Shown: positions 1 to 13,299 of the stretch, one piece after another
Layout of the letters: each line of letters starts with the position of its first letter
Numbering within the stretch: position 1 is the stretch's first letter
From: Raillietiella orientalis
Lineage: Eukaryota
Direction of reading: 5' to 3'
DNA: 64,000 nt
Assembly: GCA_036172245.1 (NCBI GenBank)
Contig: JAYWIR010000057.1
Location: 62,001 to 126,000 of the forward strand
Position numbers and translations under genes: made by a program
Notes under the pieces: generated by a model
Told to the model about the DNA's origin: nothing
Databases searched by the model: none
What the model saw: the letters and a program-made list of their open reading frames with translations, nothing else

Positions 1-520
1 TAAGGGCATGCTTCCCCGAATCCAATGGACAAGCGATCCGGAAGAAATTGCTTGCAGAACTCGCAGACCAAGCGTTTGATGCGGTTTTAGTTCTCGAGAT
101 TCTCAAGAGTGAACACCCTCAGGAACTAGCTGAGATCTTCTGCTGCTTCTGGAAGGTTCTTACAGTTCTTCGGCATACGTCACACCTTCGAAGAAGATCC
201 CCCATTACGCGGGAATACCTCGAGTTCAGGCCGCGAATGGTCGAACAGAGTCGATTCCACTCTGCCTCGCATTCCGACCTGTCGACAAAGGTCGTAGTCG
301 AAGAACAGGTAGTTGTCGCTGTCCTCCATTCCCGGCTGTCTTTCCAGCAAGTTTCCCAAGCTCATCTTTGCGCACAGATGGTTGTCCGCGTGCTTCTGCT
401 CGCAGAGCGTTTCTATCAACGGGCGGAGGTTTAAACCTACACCTATTAATTACTCCCGGAGCACACCTGCCCCCTCCAGCTACTTGCACTTCGGCTCGCT
501 GAGGAATGTTTTTCTCGAGC
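1..520 (-). mobile_element. Degenerate LINE ORF2 C-terminal remnant
   Basis: Minus ORF 180..419 (MEDSDNYLFFDYDLCRQVG) resembles a decayed 'E-x-x-x-HLFFxC' finger region seen in other LINE tails here. Confidence 0.3.
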
Positions 521-522
521 CG

Positions 523-3500
523 TTTTTTCCACTGGGAGTTGCCGCGGGGGCGTTCCTTATATAAGAGCAAAAAACCCACAACTCTCAGGGCGAAGCATGT
601 AGCTTTCTACATCCAATTGCTCACTGAACCTGCCGGGTCGCCGGTATTCAGTACGACGAACTCACATCGGCAACGGTGGGGCAGGGAAAAAAAAAATTAA
701 ACATGAAAAAAATGAAATAAATAAAAACACTCTGAAGGGCCTGGAAGGGGGATCAGTGCTCCCTGGAGGAAGTGTCCATTCTTTACCGGATGTTAGCGAG
801 GTCCTTTTGCATACTCCTCAGGTGGGGCCGTTGGGTCCAAGCAGCTATCCGCTGGAAGCAAACTGCTTATTCGACGGCATCCCTTTCGTCCTTTTCTTCC
901 AGGGTTTTGCTCCACGCTGCCACAATCCCTCGGACGCAGAAGAATGCTGCCAGGACTGTGGCCGGCTGCAGTGCGTCTTGCAAAAGACGGACAGACACGT
1001 AAAACGTCTCTGAAGGGGCTGCCAGCCGGAATCCGGAGGATCGTTGTGGAAGGTTCCTATGGGAACCGGAGTCAGTCAGAACAGTCCACGAGCAGGTACG
1101 GGAGGGATTTGCGTTCTCCAGCCTGTGACAGTCCGGGCATGCCCTCCCGAACGTCCAATGGTGCTGACGTGCGTAGCAAGGAAAACCCCAGTACTACAGC
1201 AGAAGCGCAGACCCCTGCCTTTTCAGGGAGAGGGTGCTGCTGTTCATGAGCACTGGGGCAACTCCAGGACTTTGGAAAGAATACCGAACAGCTCACTCCA
1301 GCGTTGTAGTCTCCGTGGAAGGACACTTCGGGTAGCAATATCTACCATCTGCCCCATGGTCCAACCACTCATCTATTTCCGTGTGTTGTTATTTAGCAGA
1401 AGACTTGCCACCTCGGCGTTCCGGTGCTGCTCAATGTTTTCCTCAGGAAAGGCATCATTGAGAAGAGGGTCACCTCCGCCCTCGTGCTCATGCCAAGACA
1501 CTCCATGATATTCTAGAGCGAGTTTCGGCCGTGGTTGCCGATTCGCAAGCAGGTTCACCTCTCGGTTGTCGTCACGTTCATCTTTGCGAGTGTCAGCTGT
1601 TTCCTCTATCCAGGCGCTCGAGTAGGCGCGGCATCAAATCATCCAGTCTTCTTATTTTCGTAAGGTTAACTATGCTATCGAAGAGAAGACCGCGTCTTCG
1701 CAGCTTGGGGAGCACGCACAAAGAGAAAGACGTGAGACTTTTTGTCCTGGCTTCGCGACTGGAGAAGAAAGCCGCAAGAACGCACCAAGGGGTGCTCCAG
1801 TACTTCGCTGCGATGGCCATCGTTCGCCATGGTTCTGGATTTCCATCCACTCTAGCGTCAGGACTCCCAGACCGCCCTCTCAATGCTGGGCGCACAAGTC
1901 CATCATCAGGACACAGGATGTACGATGTTCCAAAGGGCGTTTCTCAGAAAGACCTTCGTTTTCTTAACCTAGCTAGCTGTCCTTTGCTGCCTTTGTGGGA
2001 TAGTTGTTGTCAGGAGCGACGCAGAAAGAGGGCGGAGCGACTGAGGTGTCACATTCACATTCCGATTCATGAGAATGGCGATGAGATGGTCCCACCTGAA
2101 CAGCCCCATACAGCAAGAGCGTGCCGACATCCTGCAGAGGATGCAGAGAAGACCGCCTCACAAACAGTGATCCCTTCCCGCATCCTCTTAAAGTTTGTTT
2201 ATTTTTTTCTTTTTGTTTGTTCACTCCCCAATGCTGCCGTTGTGGACCCCACCGGTGTGCAAACCGATAATTTGGCAAGATACCGACAAAGCGCTCATGA
2301 TTGGATTACCAATGGATCCACAGCTATCTGTAAATGTTTATTTTTCTAAAAGTAAACGCCCCGAAGTACTAGGGTGAGAAAACTCACCGCGATGCGTGTG
2401 AGGTAGAAGACCAGGGAACGGTTTTCCATCACTGAAAAGAGACAGCATTCGTCGACGGTTTCCAGCATGCGTTCAGCGAGACCTTCATCTTCGCAGGTCA
2501 GCTCGACTGCCTGATCTACACGCAATATCGCCAGCTCCACGAGCTCTTCCTTAGCAGCGAAAAGCCCCTGCAGGATCGCACCATGCTAGCCACATGCGCC
2601 CGACCACCTTATCGTGCATGAATGAGCCACCCCTCGGACTCGCAGGCTTGACTTCCTGCCTCGGCTCATTACAGAAGATCCTTCGCAGCCATATGGATTC
2701 ACAGTCCCTCATTCTGAAAAGGCATTTTCAGCAAGGAAGTGTCCTCGCAAGCTCTGTAGCTAGAAGAAGATGAGTCTCTGTCCATCTTCTCTGGTCGTCC
2801 ACGATCGATTCCCCCGGAAACTACGCCAGGAAAACAACCGTTAGCATTCAATAGAACAGCTGCTGTATGGACTCTTCTCCGAGAAGGACGTGCTCACCCA
2901 AGATGGCCTTCTTTATCGCTCCATCGCACCCAAACCCAGCTATAAAGTAGGAAGCCATTCGAAGAGTGATTCCTCAAGGATCGTCCCTTCAGCTGCAGGT
3001 TTGAGACGCCCCTACTGCACGTGACAAACCGCGAGCGGCGCTTGAACGCTGCACTTTCGCCCCTCCCTTGCCTCGCTCTATTCCCAGAAGAGGCCGAATG
3101 CACGCGCAACGTACTGCGATCCCTCCCCTACTTTCCGGGAAAGTTCCCCACAAACAAGCAGGGAGGAAGCAAAGCCGCCCAGGGAGCGAAACGACTACCA
3201 GGACCTTCACGTGCAGTCCTTCGCATGAGTGGTGGCTGCCTCTGGAGGTGCTGCGCGCACGACAAGAGAAGAAAAGTTCCTCCTTGTTGATTCATCATTG
3301 TATCAAGGCGATGACTGTCACCGACCTCAGAAAGAGAGGTGACATTCAAAATCAATAGCTTTGTGAACACCTGCAAAGATGCAGGAAGATCATCGCAAGG
3401 ATGCTGGATCTTCTGTATATAAACGCTCACCAGGTGCATCGATTAAGTCCACAGGAGGGAAGGAACCGATCATTCTCTTTGCAAGTGCGTCGAGTGTCGA

Positions 3501-5400
3501 GGCAGCATCCACAGCTCCCCATCGGCCTCCACATGTGGTCATCCACTGCATTCTTCTCCGCTTTGATAGCGATTTCCTGGTAAGGACGCTGAGAGTTTGC
3601 TTGTTGGTGACCAAGAAATGATCCCTCGCACTTTTGTAGGGCAGCTCAACTTCCGCTAACCAAAGAAAGCTTTTCTCTTCGACAAGAAAAGGTGAGTGCA
3701 ACCCATCCGCTTTTCTCACATTCCCATAATGCAGGGATTCTTCTTGCTGGAAGCTTCTCTGGGAACTCCGAGCCGCTCTTTTCCCCTTATCTTGGATGCT
3801 GGATTGTATGCGAGTGTGGTCTTGCTGAGCCACTGTTGCCCAACTCCCTTTTGCAGTGAGAGACCCGGGAGGTCGGCTGCAAAATTCCAATTTTGTGTTT
3901 CCATTGCAGAGGATCGCTCAAGATTCGACACTGGGGACTCCCAGAGTTTTGTCTACAAAAGAACGGACCGCACAATAGTTTTCCAGAGAAAGCACCACTC
4001 TTACGTGGGAAATGACTCACTCCAGGTAATCCCTCTCTGTATGTTAAGCGTAGACAGCTACGGAACATCCGTAAGTCGATTTCATGAGAACCGGTCCAGC
4101 CTCAGAGTCTCTAACGATGATGTCAATTGGAGAAGCTCCGCATTTCCATCCCGTTGGAAAGAACTTACGGAGCTTTTTGTCCGCACGAAATGCTGCGGAA
4201 CCTTCATCAGCGACCTATCCGCTTCCTGCTTTTCTTCTTGGTGCTGATGGTCCTCATAACCTGGGGGGAGCCAACCAATGCTGCCTGGGAGAGCACAGGA
4301 AGGGGAATGCGCACGCAATGCTGGAAGACACAAAGCAGTTCGATGAGAGTTGCGATTAGTTCAGGAGTTCTACTGCTTCCCTCTGCACGAATGGTCTGGG
4401 CTTCAAAGAGCAAGCCTGCTTAGGAAATCCGAGTCCAGACCACGAAACAGAGGCAGCATGACCACCGTCGTAAGATGAATTCATTTCAGGTCATGACAGA
4501 TCAAGGCAGGCAATCCAAATTGCTGCCGGCAAGAATCCCGATGCGCGTTGTTGCATCTTATGAGCCAGCAGGCAACAACCCTTTCCCAGGAATGGTCCCA
4601 TACTCTGGCAGTTTCCCCATCACTATGAACTACCTTAAAGCAATTAGCAGTCAGCAACAATTTCACTCTTTGAAGATGACAGTGAGCTTGAATGGGTAGG
4701 AAGTCGCACCGACCTGACAATCGGTGCCATGACGGGAATTGCAGAGAAGAAGGTGGAAAACTCACGCTAAGTCCCAGCGATGGCAGCGAGCAGCAAGGTT
4801 TCGACGCCATTGTGAAGCTCGTCAACGTTAAAAATCGAAAATCGTATGCGGTGCAGGCCAAAAGGTGAGATGCTGTTCTTCGCCGTCCCATCGAGAATGT
4901 GGTCACACTGGAGGGAAGGTGCACATGGGAACACCCCCTGAGCGAAATCCGACTGCGAACATTGCCCCTTGCCGAGATGGCTCTTACTCCTATTCCGACC
5001 ACAATTAACGCAGATTGGCACCTTCCATTAAACAACTTGCCCACGATGGCCGCAGGCAATGTCCTGTCCACGTCCGCTTTTCCTGAACTCAGATGGTAGC
5101 GCCTATCTCGGGGGCTGGGGAAGTTCCATCCTGTGGATAGGGAAGCCCTTGACACAGGAATCGTCAGATGGCTTGCTTTCATGAGGTGCTCATTGGCGTG
5201 TCTGATTGCAGACTCACCATAGAAGTGGACAGGAATTTAACACACACATCAAAGAATATCAGGGCTCACCTGAGGTTTGACAGTTACCTGGCTTTTGCTC
5301 CAGAGAACTTCGTGAAAGCTCTGGCCTCTGCTGTGGATCCCGGAGCAAGAAGGACGAAATTCGGGTTGTTTGAAGTTGGTCACCACTAACCTTTTACAAC
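523..5400 (-). mobile_element. Near full-length, heavily decayed L1/Tx1-like LINE (ORF1 knuckle, EN, RT, C-terminus, 3' UTR)
   Basis: ORF1-like PICVNCG at ~5000; EN-like remnants at 3800-4400; thumb 'LVRPALRGRSGSPD' at ~1890; C-terminal 'AAFFCVRGIVAAWS...RPHL' at 800-960; 3' UTR homologous to 32700-33190; terminal motif at 523-560. Confidence 0.6.
1975..2382 (+). mobile_element. 5'-truncated LINE 3' end nested antisense in the previous element
   Basis: Encodes LCCLCGIVVVRS...RMAMRWSHL...ADILQRMQRR, then GTGATCCCTTCCC, a T-rich UTR and terminal AGTAAACGCCCCGAAGTACTAGGGTGAGAAAA. Confidence 0.7.
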
Positions 5401-6499
5401 TCATTGAAAAAAACTCAATTCCAGGTTAACTGCAATCCAGGAAAGAACGTTCTGGTGCAGATCTCGATCACAGAGGAATACAAAATACCATTGAATTTTA
5501 AGCAGTTCTCCATCCAGGTAACGCTGGTTTTCTCTTTGCTGCATGTTGTGGGCTTCCTGGAAGTCCGATTGCGAATGACTGCATTCGCACCTAACTCCAC
5601 CCACCTGCAAGGAGTCTTAGTACTCTCTGGAAACTTCCGTATCCCTGATGCGAGCAGGCCCGAAGCTCCGAAAGCACAAATGACTGCTGAACGGAATGCG
5701 CGAAGCTTCTTGCAGGGGCGTTAGCAAAGACTTCGGGCGCAGGAAGAAGCTACGAGCAGGACTACAGCTGTTAATCATCCGCGAGAGCGCATGTCCCTCA
5801 CACGGCATCTACCTAGCCGCAGTAGCTCCAAGTTTGCGATGCATATTTCCCACTGTTTCCTCAACCTCTCCACACATGAGGTGCTGTGGCAAGGGTCGGC
5901 CAGCAGCACTCGAACATCCCTCAGGAGCGTGCGATGAGACGAACAGGCTTCTCGCAAAGCACAACGCTGGGTCCTTAGGGACATCTCGTGGTGCTCGGCG
6001 AGTTGCTGGCATGCGTTCCCCATGAGACCCAGAGGGTGTTGCGGTGTGGACGAACGAGGGGCGGAGGGTAACAATGCGTGCTCCCGGGCGCGGACGGTCG
6101 TCTCTCGCATCCCATCCGTCCAGATGACCCATCGACCCAAAAAAGCTTTCCATCTCCATACGACCCTTCGGAGTTGCCTGTTTGAAGTCATGGTGAGTCA
6201 CAAAAGGGTATAGCATGTTGGAACGTTCCTCCTCGTGCAGGCTCCTCGAAGATGTCCGCTCCTACCTTCTGCCTCTCGCTCCTGCGTGACACTGGGTGGT
6301 CTCGTTACCATCGCACACCATGTGCATTGCTTGCGCTGCGCGCAAGCGCCTGCAGGCGTTTCATGAGTGAAGACACTCTGCGGGACGGATTCGTTAGACG
6401 TGGTGGTCGCTGATCTTTCTCTTGTCCTTTGTAGCTCTCTTGTCCTTCAGACATTCTCTCCGGAAGTAATTCATGTTTGTCTGGTCCCCTTAGCTATTC

Positions 6500-7900
6500 G
6501 ACAAATGCTACCTCATATTCTTTTCTGCCTCAAAGCATCAAATGCAACTGTCTACAAGATTTTTGGAAGGACGGACCGTTCAAGTAGACTTCATGAGGGG
6601 GAACATTGCTTTTCTCTCCTCGAAGGCGCCTTTTCATGGCGGTGAAGAAGGAACATCTGCACTGAGACCTGCGGAATGAAAGTAGTCTTCTTATGGATGA
6701 ATTTGAATAGTGCACAGCCATGGTTTCTGGTAGTTTGGACGCTGGTGAAAAGAACTGATGACAGGTCTGCTGTCCATGCTCGCACACATCTAATGTCGCG
6801 TGGCGGATAAGTGCACGGAACATGTTTGAAATTTTGGTCTTTGGAAAGCACAGTGTGTTTCATGAAAATGTGATAATAAATAAATGTTGCCAGGGATTTA
6901 GGCCTGTCCACTGTTTGCATGAGGTGAAAGAGTCATCACCTTGCATGTGACTGCTGCAGCACGCAAGTGGCGAAAGACCAACAACAATTATTCGGTTACC
7001 TAAAAGAAGTCTCTCTCGTTCAGCATCTCCACTTCCGTCTATATTGGATTTAGTGCTGTCCTTTTGGATTATTTTTTGTCGTTTCCTTTGCAGAGGCTGC
7101 TCGTGCGTGGGGCTGCTACAGACAACACCGCTGAAGCTATGCTTACTCCCTTTGGATGCGTTCTTCTCACCGCTTAATGCATGCAGAGAAAGCATCTTTC
7201 ATGTCTGCTTTTCCTTGAAAAGAAAGAATTTGTGTTCCAGCAGCATCGGTGACATTGATATGTCTGCTTGAAGCACATTGCTTACGCTCAAGAGGGCTGA
7301 CCAACGCTGCAAAGAGAACCCGGAAGAGCTCACTACGGGGCTTACTGTACCAACCGGACTTTGTCTGGAGTCTTTCGCTCTCTTTCCAAGTGGCAAGAGT
7401 TGGTACTCCGGGGAAGTGAAGCTTGCTGGGGGCTTGCGAACCATAACGACCTTCAAAGAGCGGCACAGAGTTCCGTGGTTTTCAGACGGTGATGCGTGGA
7501 TGCTCGCTCCTGGGCGTGGCTCAGGACATCATCGTGTGCGGCAATTGTTTTCATTGGAACACGTCGAATAGAGTGAAAAATGGCTTTTCTCTTTCCGAAC
7601 GCTGTATGTATGTGTATGTATGTGTCCGCATTCCTCTTCGGCGATATCCAGCTTGCAAGTTGTCGGAGTCACTCCGAAAGAGGCAGCAGTTTCTCTTTCT
7701 CATGCTGCTGCTCCCGCCAGTGCTTCTTGTGCGTGCGAGTCCTGCATTCTGAGCCTCAAGGCATTTTCCCAGTGGAAAGGGTGCTCGTTAGCTCCGAGAC
7801 CTATCATGACTAAGTAAATCTGCAAAGTAGTAGAATTGTCAGGCTGCAGAGTCCATGCGAGAGCCAAACTTATCCGTCCACCTTGGGAAGCTGGGCCGAG
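6500..7900 (+). mobile_element. LINE RT remnant
   Basis: Frameshifted motifs in RT order: INKCCQGFRP (~6890), DAFFSPL (~7160, QGDxLSP-like), LKHIAYA (~7280, YADD-like), KLIRPPWEAG (~7870). Confidence 0.45.
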
Positions 7901-7989
7901 TAGGGCAAATGGGTAGAGAAAGGTAGGGAGACCTACAACATACAAAATTTGGATAGTCAAATGCAGTGCTCATCGAAGGCTGCAGGCAG

Positions 7990-9090
7990 ATAACATGCAA
8001 AAAAGGATGCAGAGTTTTCCGAGAGACGGTGGCACGAACCGGGGCTGCTACGTGAGGAAAGCTGGAGTCGCAAAGTGGGGGAGATTGTCGCTGGTGTGTA
8101 TTCAGAGGCGCACACCTGGAAACGGAACTGTGAACCAACGACGCCAGCCGTCGACGGCTGCCAGCCCGCTCTACGGAGACGCGGATTTGGTGGTCGGCAG
8201 GTGCGTTTTTTTAGCGCTAGGTCTCTGTTGGGGAGGCCGGCATCTCTCTGATGGTTGGCCCTGGAAAGGCGAAAAGGGGTTTGGGATATTGCGAACGGCA
8301 GCTCACGTATGGTACAGCTCACGCACGTCGACCAGGCAACGCAGTTTGCGGTGGAGTCTTTTGGGTGCATGTGTTTGTGAAGGTCAGAATTTGCAAAGGT
8401 ATTGGATGTCAAGCAAAGGACCTTCCAAAAACTTGTGGACTCGCTGATGGAAAGCAGGAGGAAACCCTGCAATACATAGGCTCCTGTAGAAGGAAAGAGA
8501 AGGAAAGATGCACACGCTCCGAAAGAAAGTCTCCAAAAACCAAGCTCGGGGAAATGGAATCAATCAAAAGATATGACTCCCTTAATGCGCGCTTCTGCTC
8601 CCAGGAGAGTGCATTAAGGAAGTCGAGGAGCAGACGCTGTGACTGCGTGCATCCAGGACAGCGCTGAAGAGCAGAGTTTTGCAAGGAATTCGCACTTTTT
8701 AGCCTCGTCGAACAGCGGAACATAGTCCAGAAGATGAATGAACGAGGCAACCAAGATGCCAGAGACGCATCTGAAACGCAGGTCCAACGAAGAGTCAACT
8801 GTTGGAGGAATGCATCGAGGTTGCGTGGTGGAAAGGCAGCTAGGGAGCAAGCGGAAGACGTTGGGAGGCTGGCTTTTTGGCACGTGCTCTGGAAACGCAT
8901 GACGAAACGCTAGCTTCTGAGCTTCAATAACGGAAATCGCCTCTCGCCGTCGCCTTGCGGATCGCCTGTTGGAACATGAAAAAGCGACGTGATCGTGGCA
9001 AGAAGCGGGATGCAGCGGCAACTCTGAGGTCCTTCGATCCAGTGCTGCTGCAAGAGATACACGTCATCATGGCATAACAAACACTGGACA
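7990..9090 (+). mobile_element. LINE ORF1 tail plus ORF2 endonuclease start
   Basis: Knuckle-like RICKGIGCQAKDLP at ~8390; 8912-8995 is nucleotide-homologous to the EN start (RIVCWNVNGL) at 33890-33985 on the minus strand. Confidence 0.5.
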
Positions 9091-9560
9091 TTTCTCACTC
9101 AATCACTCAGGGACGTCAATTCAAGAAAAAAATGAACCAGTTGGAGCAAGGCTCTCAAGCCACGACAAAACGAGCGAAGGGAAGGGTCCACCGGCACACA
9201 GGTCGGGATAATGGAAGTTCGAAACGTTGGAGGAGACATGGGGGAAAAAAATTACAAACGGTGAGATGTGACTGGGATCTTTGAGTTCTCTATGAGAGGC
9301 ATTAGGCTAAAAACAAAAACGCAGGGGAAGCTGTGGAGAGAACAGGGATGAGGAATGGAAAAAAATAGAAGATAGAGAGTGAGAGGGTCAGTGGGATTCG
9401 TCGTTTCTGTCTGCCCATCAACCGGCTGTGTATGCCAGCGATCTCCTCTTATTCTTTTTCTTCCAGATGAGGCCACCTTGCAGCCATTCTCATATGAACG
9501 GCTGCTAGTTGGTGAACTCCCTTCGCTCGGACTACTCGTGCTTCCGTAGAGTCACGTACG
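9090..9560 (-). mobile_element. LINE 3' end
   Basis: MAARWPHLEEKE.EEIAGIH motif, internal UTR hairpin motif at 9186-9208, decayed terminal motif at ~9092-9123. Confidence 0.65.
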
Positions 9561-9579
9561 CTGAACCGCCCCTGCAAGA

Positions 9580-10568
9580 GATTGTTTCGAACCCACAGAA
9601 ACTACTGTGGGCTTCCTTTATCTCTCTTGTCCCAGTGTTGCCCTCCCTATAGGACGCCAGGGACAGCCAAGAAGAGCATCGTGAAAAGTGTCTTGCCTCA
9701 TCGGAGGCAGGAAGAAAGCGTTAAAGGCGTGGGATACGAACTAGCGGACTCTGCGACCCCGAGCGTCCCGCCTAAAGGACTTGTGCGCTGGGGCGAGCTG
9801 CTCGCAATACCTACGGAGGAGGTGATCTCCAGCGCGTTGGAACAATGGCATCCTTCCCTTGGATTGACAGGAGACGGCGTTGAGGACTCCTTTGCAGAGC
9901 ACGTCTCTCACACTGGACACTTGGAAGTGTGGATGCCCGTTGTGCAGGCTGCGGGGATAGAGAAACTTTTCCGCACGTGATGATCGATTGTACCGCCCTC
10001 CGACCCATGTGGAATCGACTATCATTGATCCTGAACATTCCAGTGGGCGACCAGAAAGACATTTTTCGTCGCCTCCTGATGCGAAACGTCCAGTCAGTAG
10101 CCGCGTGTGTAGCAGTTCTCTGCATACGCGGCATCCTGGTCAAATGGTCTGCATCAGTGCGAGGCAACAGCAGTCGGAATGCCATCCACTGAGCGGCCAT
10201 CTCCATGGAAAAGACTTCCCAATGGCTCCGGATACGAACTTTAAGACCAGACAAGGATGCAGACAAGTGCTTGTCTGCATCCATAACCAGATGCAGAGGA
10301 CCACCCAGAGCGAGTAATCCCTTCTTTTCCCTCTCCTCTCCAGAAAAAATTGTTCTTCCCCTTTTGCTTATGTTTATTTTTTTTTGTTGTTGTTGTTTTT
10401 TTCATCCCCTTGGCGGGCGGGAAGGACCGCAACGGCCTCCGGGACGGTAAAGACAAGTATTGCAAGGCATGCAGAACCACGTGTTCTTCCTGAATAAAGA
10501 CTTTATTATGAAATTTTACTTTGTTAAAATTTTAATAATTAATGCCTTGGCATATTCGGGTGGAAAAC
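9580..10568 (+). mobile_element. LINE 3' portion (CCHC finger, C-terminal domain, UTR)
   Basis: KGLVRWGELL; CAGCGDRETFPHVMIDC; closely homologous to 52630-52975 (-); terminal GCCTTGGCATATTCGGGTGGAAAA. Confidence 0.8.
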
Positions 10569-10569
10569 C

Positions 10570-11950
10570 TTCCTTTGCTGCGCTGACGTCTCTTCCACGT
10601 AGCTCGCCTTAATCATGGCGCTGTTGGGACTACGAAGCCACCTGAAAGCCCCTCCTGCATGAAAAAGCGCCTCAGCAGATCCTTTGCAGCGTCCTTCTGG
10701 AACGGGACGGCTAAAGCCAGCTTCCACCACAGTTTGTGGAGGACACTGCACTTGGGCAAAAGGTGCGGTAACGATTCGATCGCTCCGCACTTCGAGCAGT
10801 TCCGGAAAACAGCTTCCCTGAAAACAATCCTTTGGCGCTGATTGCAGTGAAACACTCAATGCAGAAATGGCAGCACGTCCTGTTTCTATCTTAGCAAAAG
10901 CACCGAGCGGTCTAAACAAGGGAGAGACTTCGAAGTTCATCGAAAGGTACACTTAACAGTTTGCCCAATCAATGGCGTTCCTTATCCCGATTCGGAGCAG
11001 CGGCCAGTATCAGCTCCTTTGTCTTCTAGCCGCCAAAAAGCTTGCCAAGGTTCTTGGCGGCTTCTTGGTCTCTGCCGAGATGGTTCAGAAGTACTCCCAC
11101 CCCGCCGGTAGGCAACTGTCGTTGCTTGCCCTAAGGGCAGACAGCGCTGTGGCAAAAAGTGTGGCGGCAAGGCGATTCCACTTCTGAACCTGCATTACGT
11201 TTTCCAGAGAGCGACTCTGCAGAAATCACAGGCCTCGAAGATTTTCCGAGCACACTCCTGTGTAAGAAGCCCATAATGCAATGAAGTTTATAAGGAGGCA
11301 GGCGATCCAACGTTGAGCTTCCAGTAGCAAGGCAAGTTGCCGCAGCAAAAAGTCAAATCCTTTCCTGGTGTGCCTAAAGAGCGGCAGCAACGATAGCAAT
11401 CCTTCGTTGCCGGTGCAGCAGCGAACAAGAAAGCGTGCAGGTAGACACCAAGACGTACACCAGTGACTGGCATGTGGTGCCAGCATTCGGTACTGCACCT
11501 GTAGCTCCATCTATTCGATGGTCAGGTTGCCAGGATCGAAGAACGCGCGGGCGTCACGCTACATTGGCGGCGTGGAATCACATGAACGAACCGCGTCGCG
11601 TTCCTGGTGCGAGGCAGAGTGGCGTGTGCGGCGGACGGAGCATTCTATTCCACGACGACGGATGAGTGGACTAGCTGGTTGTAAAGTGGTTCGATTCCAT
11701 CGACTTGGTCGTAATGGATGCGAACGCTCCGAGTGGCTCTAAGCAGAGCTGATAAAAGTTTGTTGTTTCGCGAATCACAGAGCCAATGGCTCGGCATCTC
11801 CTTCCTCAGGGCATCTCATATCCCTTGGAAGGCCCTGAAGCTCTCCAAGGGAGTGAACAGCGGCTACTGAGTTGTGCACATCCGTTCACGCTGTCAACTT
11901 GATGGCCAGCGATCCCATGATGGAGAGATCGCCAGATCACGTCTTCCTCG
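10570..11950 (-). mobile_element. LINE ORF2 C-terminal half
   Basis: CSKCGAIESLPHLLPKC...LLRRFFM; EGLLSLLPLFRHTRKGF; homologous to 56280-57300 and 30750-31150. Confidence 0.7.
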
Positions 11951-11959
11951 ATGAAAACC

Positions 11960-12760
11960 TGTGTTTCCGTTCAGAAGAAAAGAATGCTGTCAGCTAGGTT
12001 CGTCCGAATATCTCCCAGGTGGACCGCTATAATCCATAGCGAACTGCAAACTGGATGGCTTTTCTTTATCCTGGTTCTCTGCTAGCTTCACTCCACGCCA
12101 CTAGAATACTGCGGATGCAGTGAAGTGCTTCTGAAGCTACAACTGACTGCAGGGTGTTTCGAAGGGAGAGGTGTCGCGCAACATGGGTTGCCTCCAGGGG
12201 ATCCTAGGGTCACAGCAATGCGTTCTCAAGGAAGCCGAAGGAAAACAGAGTTCTCTAGCAAGTGCAGAAAAGGTTCTTGTTTCCCGCAAATGCAATAGCC
12301 CGGACTCGCCCTCTTCTGCGTCCAATGGTGTCGGAGCACCTTGCAGGGATAACCGCAGTTCAACAGCAGGCATGTGGACTCCTGTCACTCCAGCGGGCGG
12401 GTAACGTAACTGTTCACGAACACTGGAAGTCACTCTTGGTGTCTTCTGAAAACACCGAGCAGCTCGCGGAAGAACACTCGAAAGAGCAGAACCCTCTCAC
12501 TGCCCCATGATCCAGCCACTCATCATCTCCCTGCCTGCGATCTCGCAGAAGACTTTCCACCTTGGCATTAGCCTGCTGTCAATTTCTCTTCTTACTAAGG
12601 GTATCACTGCAGCGGAAGGATCGTCTTCTCTCACTTGCTCCTACTGGGCACTTCAGAGCCTTCCGAAAAAAAAAAAGCAGGCGTAGTTGCCCAGTAGCAA
12701 GCTGTTCCACCCTTCGGTTCTCGTCACCTTGATCCTTGCCCACGTGCCAACTGTTTTCAC
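11960..12760 (-). mobile_element. Second LINE C-terminal remnant
   Basis: ALHCIRSILVAWSEA...KAIQFAVR at 12030-12130, the same motif as 32950-33080. Confidence 0.5.
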
Positions 12761-12799
12761 TAGACATGAGCTAGAGATGGCAAGACAACATCCCATGCA

Positions 12800-13220
12800 T
12801 CCGTTCTCCTTCGCCAGGGCAGCCATGCGTCTGAAGAGGTGACCGCACCTTCCTGAGCTACTGATATTTCTGAAGGTGATGCAGAATAGCTAGATGTGGT
12901 CGTGACCTCAGTTGGACCCCTGTCTGGTTCAATAGATGCCAGGCATGCCTCCTTTCACTTTTACTATTCTGTTAACACTGCAGGAACTTTCGATTTTAAA
13001 ATGAAAAAAACATTTCTTTTCTATGAACCACTCTGCGCTGAGGATGATCAAGACCACGGAGTTCTCGTCGTCGGTTACGGGAGGGGAAAGGTTTCTGACT
13101 ACTGGATAGCAGAAAATTCCTGTGGAGTGTACTGGGATGAACAGGGCAGCACTAGGATAGCCCGGAACAGGGATAACCACTGCGGAATCGCAAGCGATCC
13201 GGGTTACCCTACCTTTCTTA
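12800..13220 (+). pseudogene. Cathepsin L-like (papain family C1A) protease pseudogene, C-terminal half of the mature domain
   Basis: TDISEGDAE*LDVVVTSVGPLSGSIDARHASFHFY...YEPLCAEDDQDHGVLVVGYG...DYWIAENSCG...RIARNRDNHCGIASDPGYPT; catalytic His and Asn motifs present; in-frame TAG at 12887-12889; NSW changed to NSC; catalytic Cys region absent. Confidence 0.88.
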
Positions 13221-13299
13221 GTTTTTCAAACGAACGCAGTGGTGTTGTGCTGAAAGGGTGGTGTTGGTTTGGCGCACTGGTGATACGGAAGGAAGGACG

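Noticed and set aside
1531..2349. 272-aa plus-strand ORF
   Set aside because: Spans antisense LINE sequence and a nested LINE tail; chimeric and non-genic
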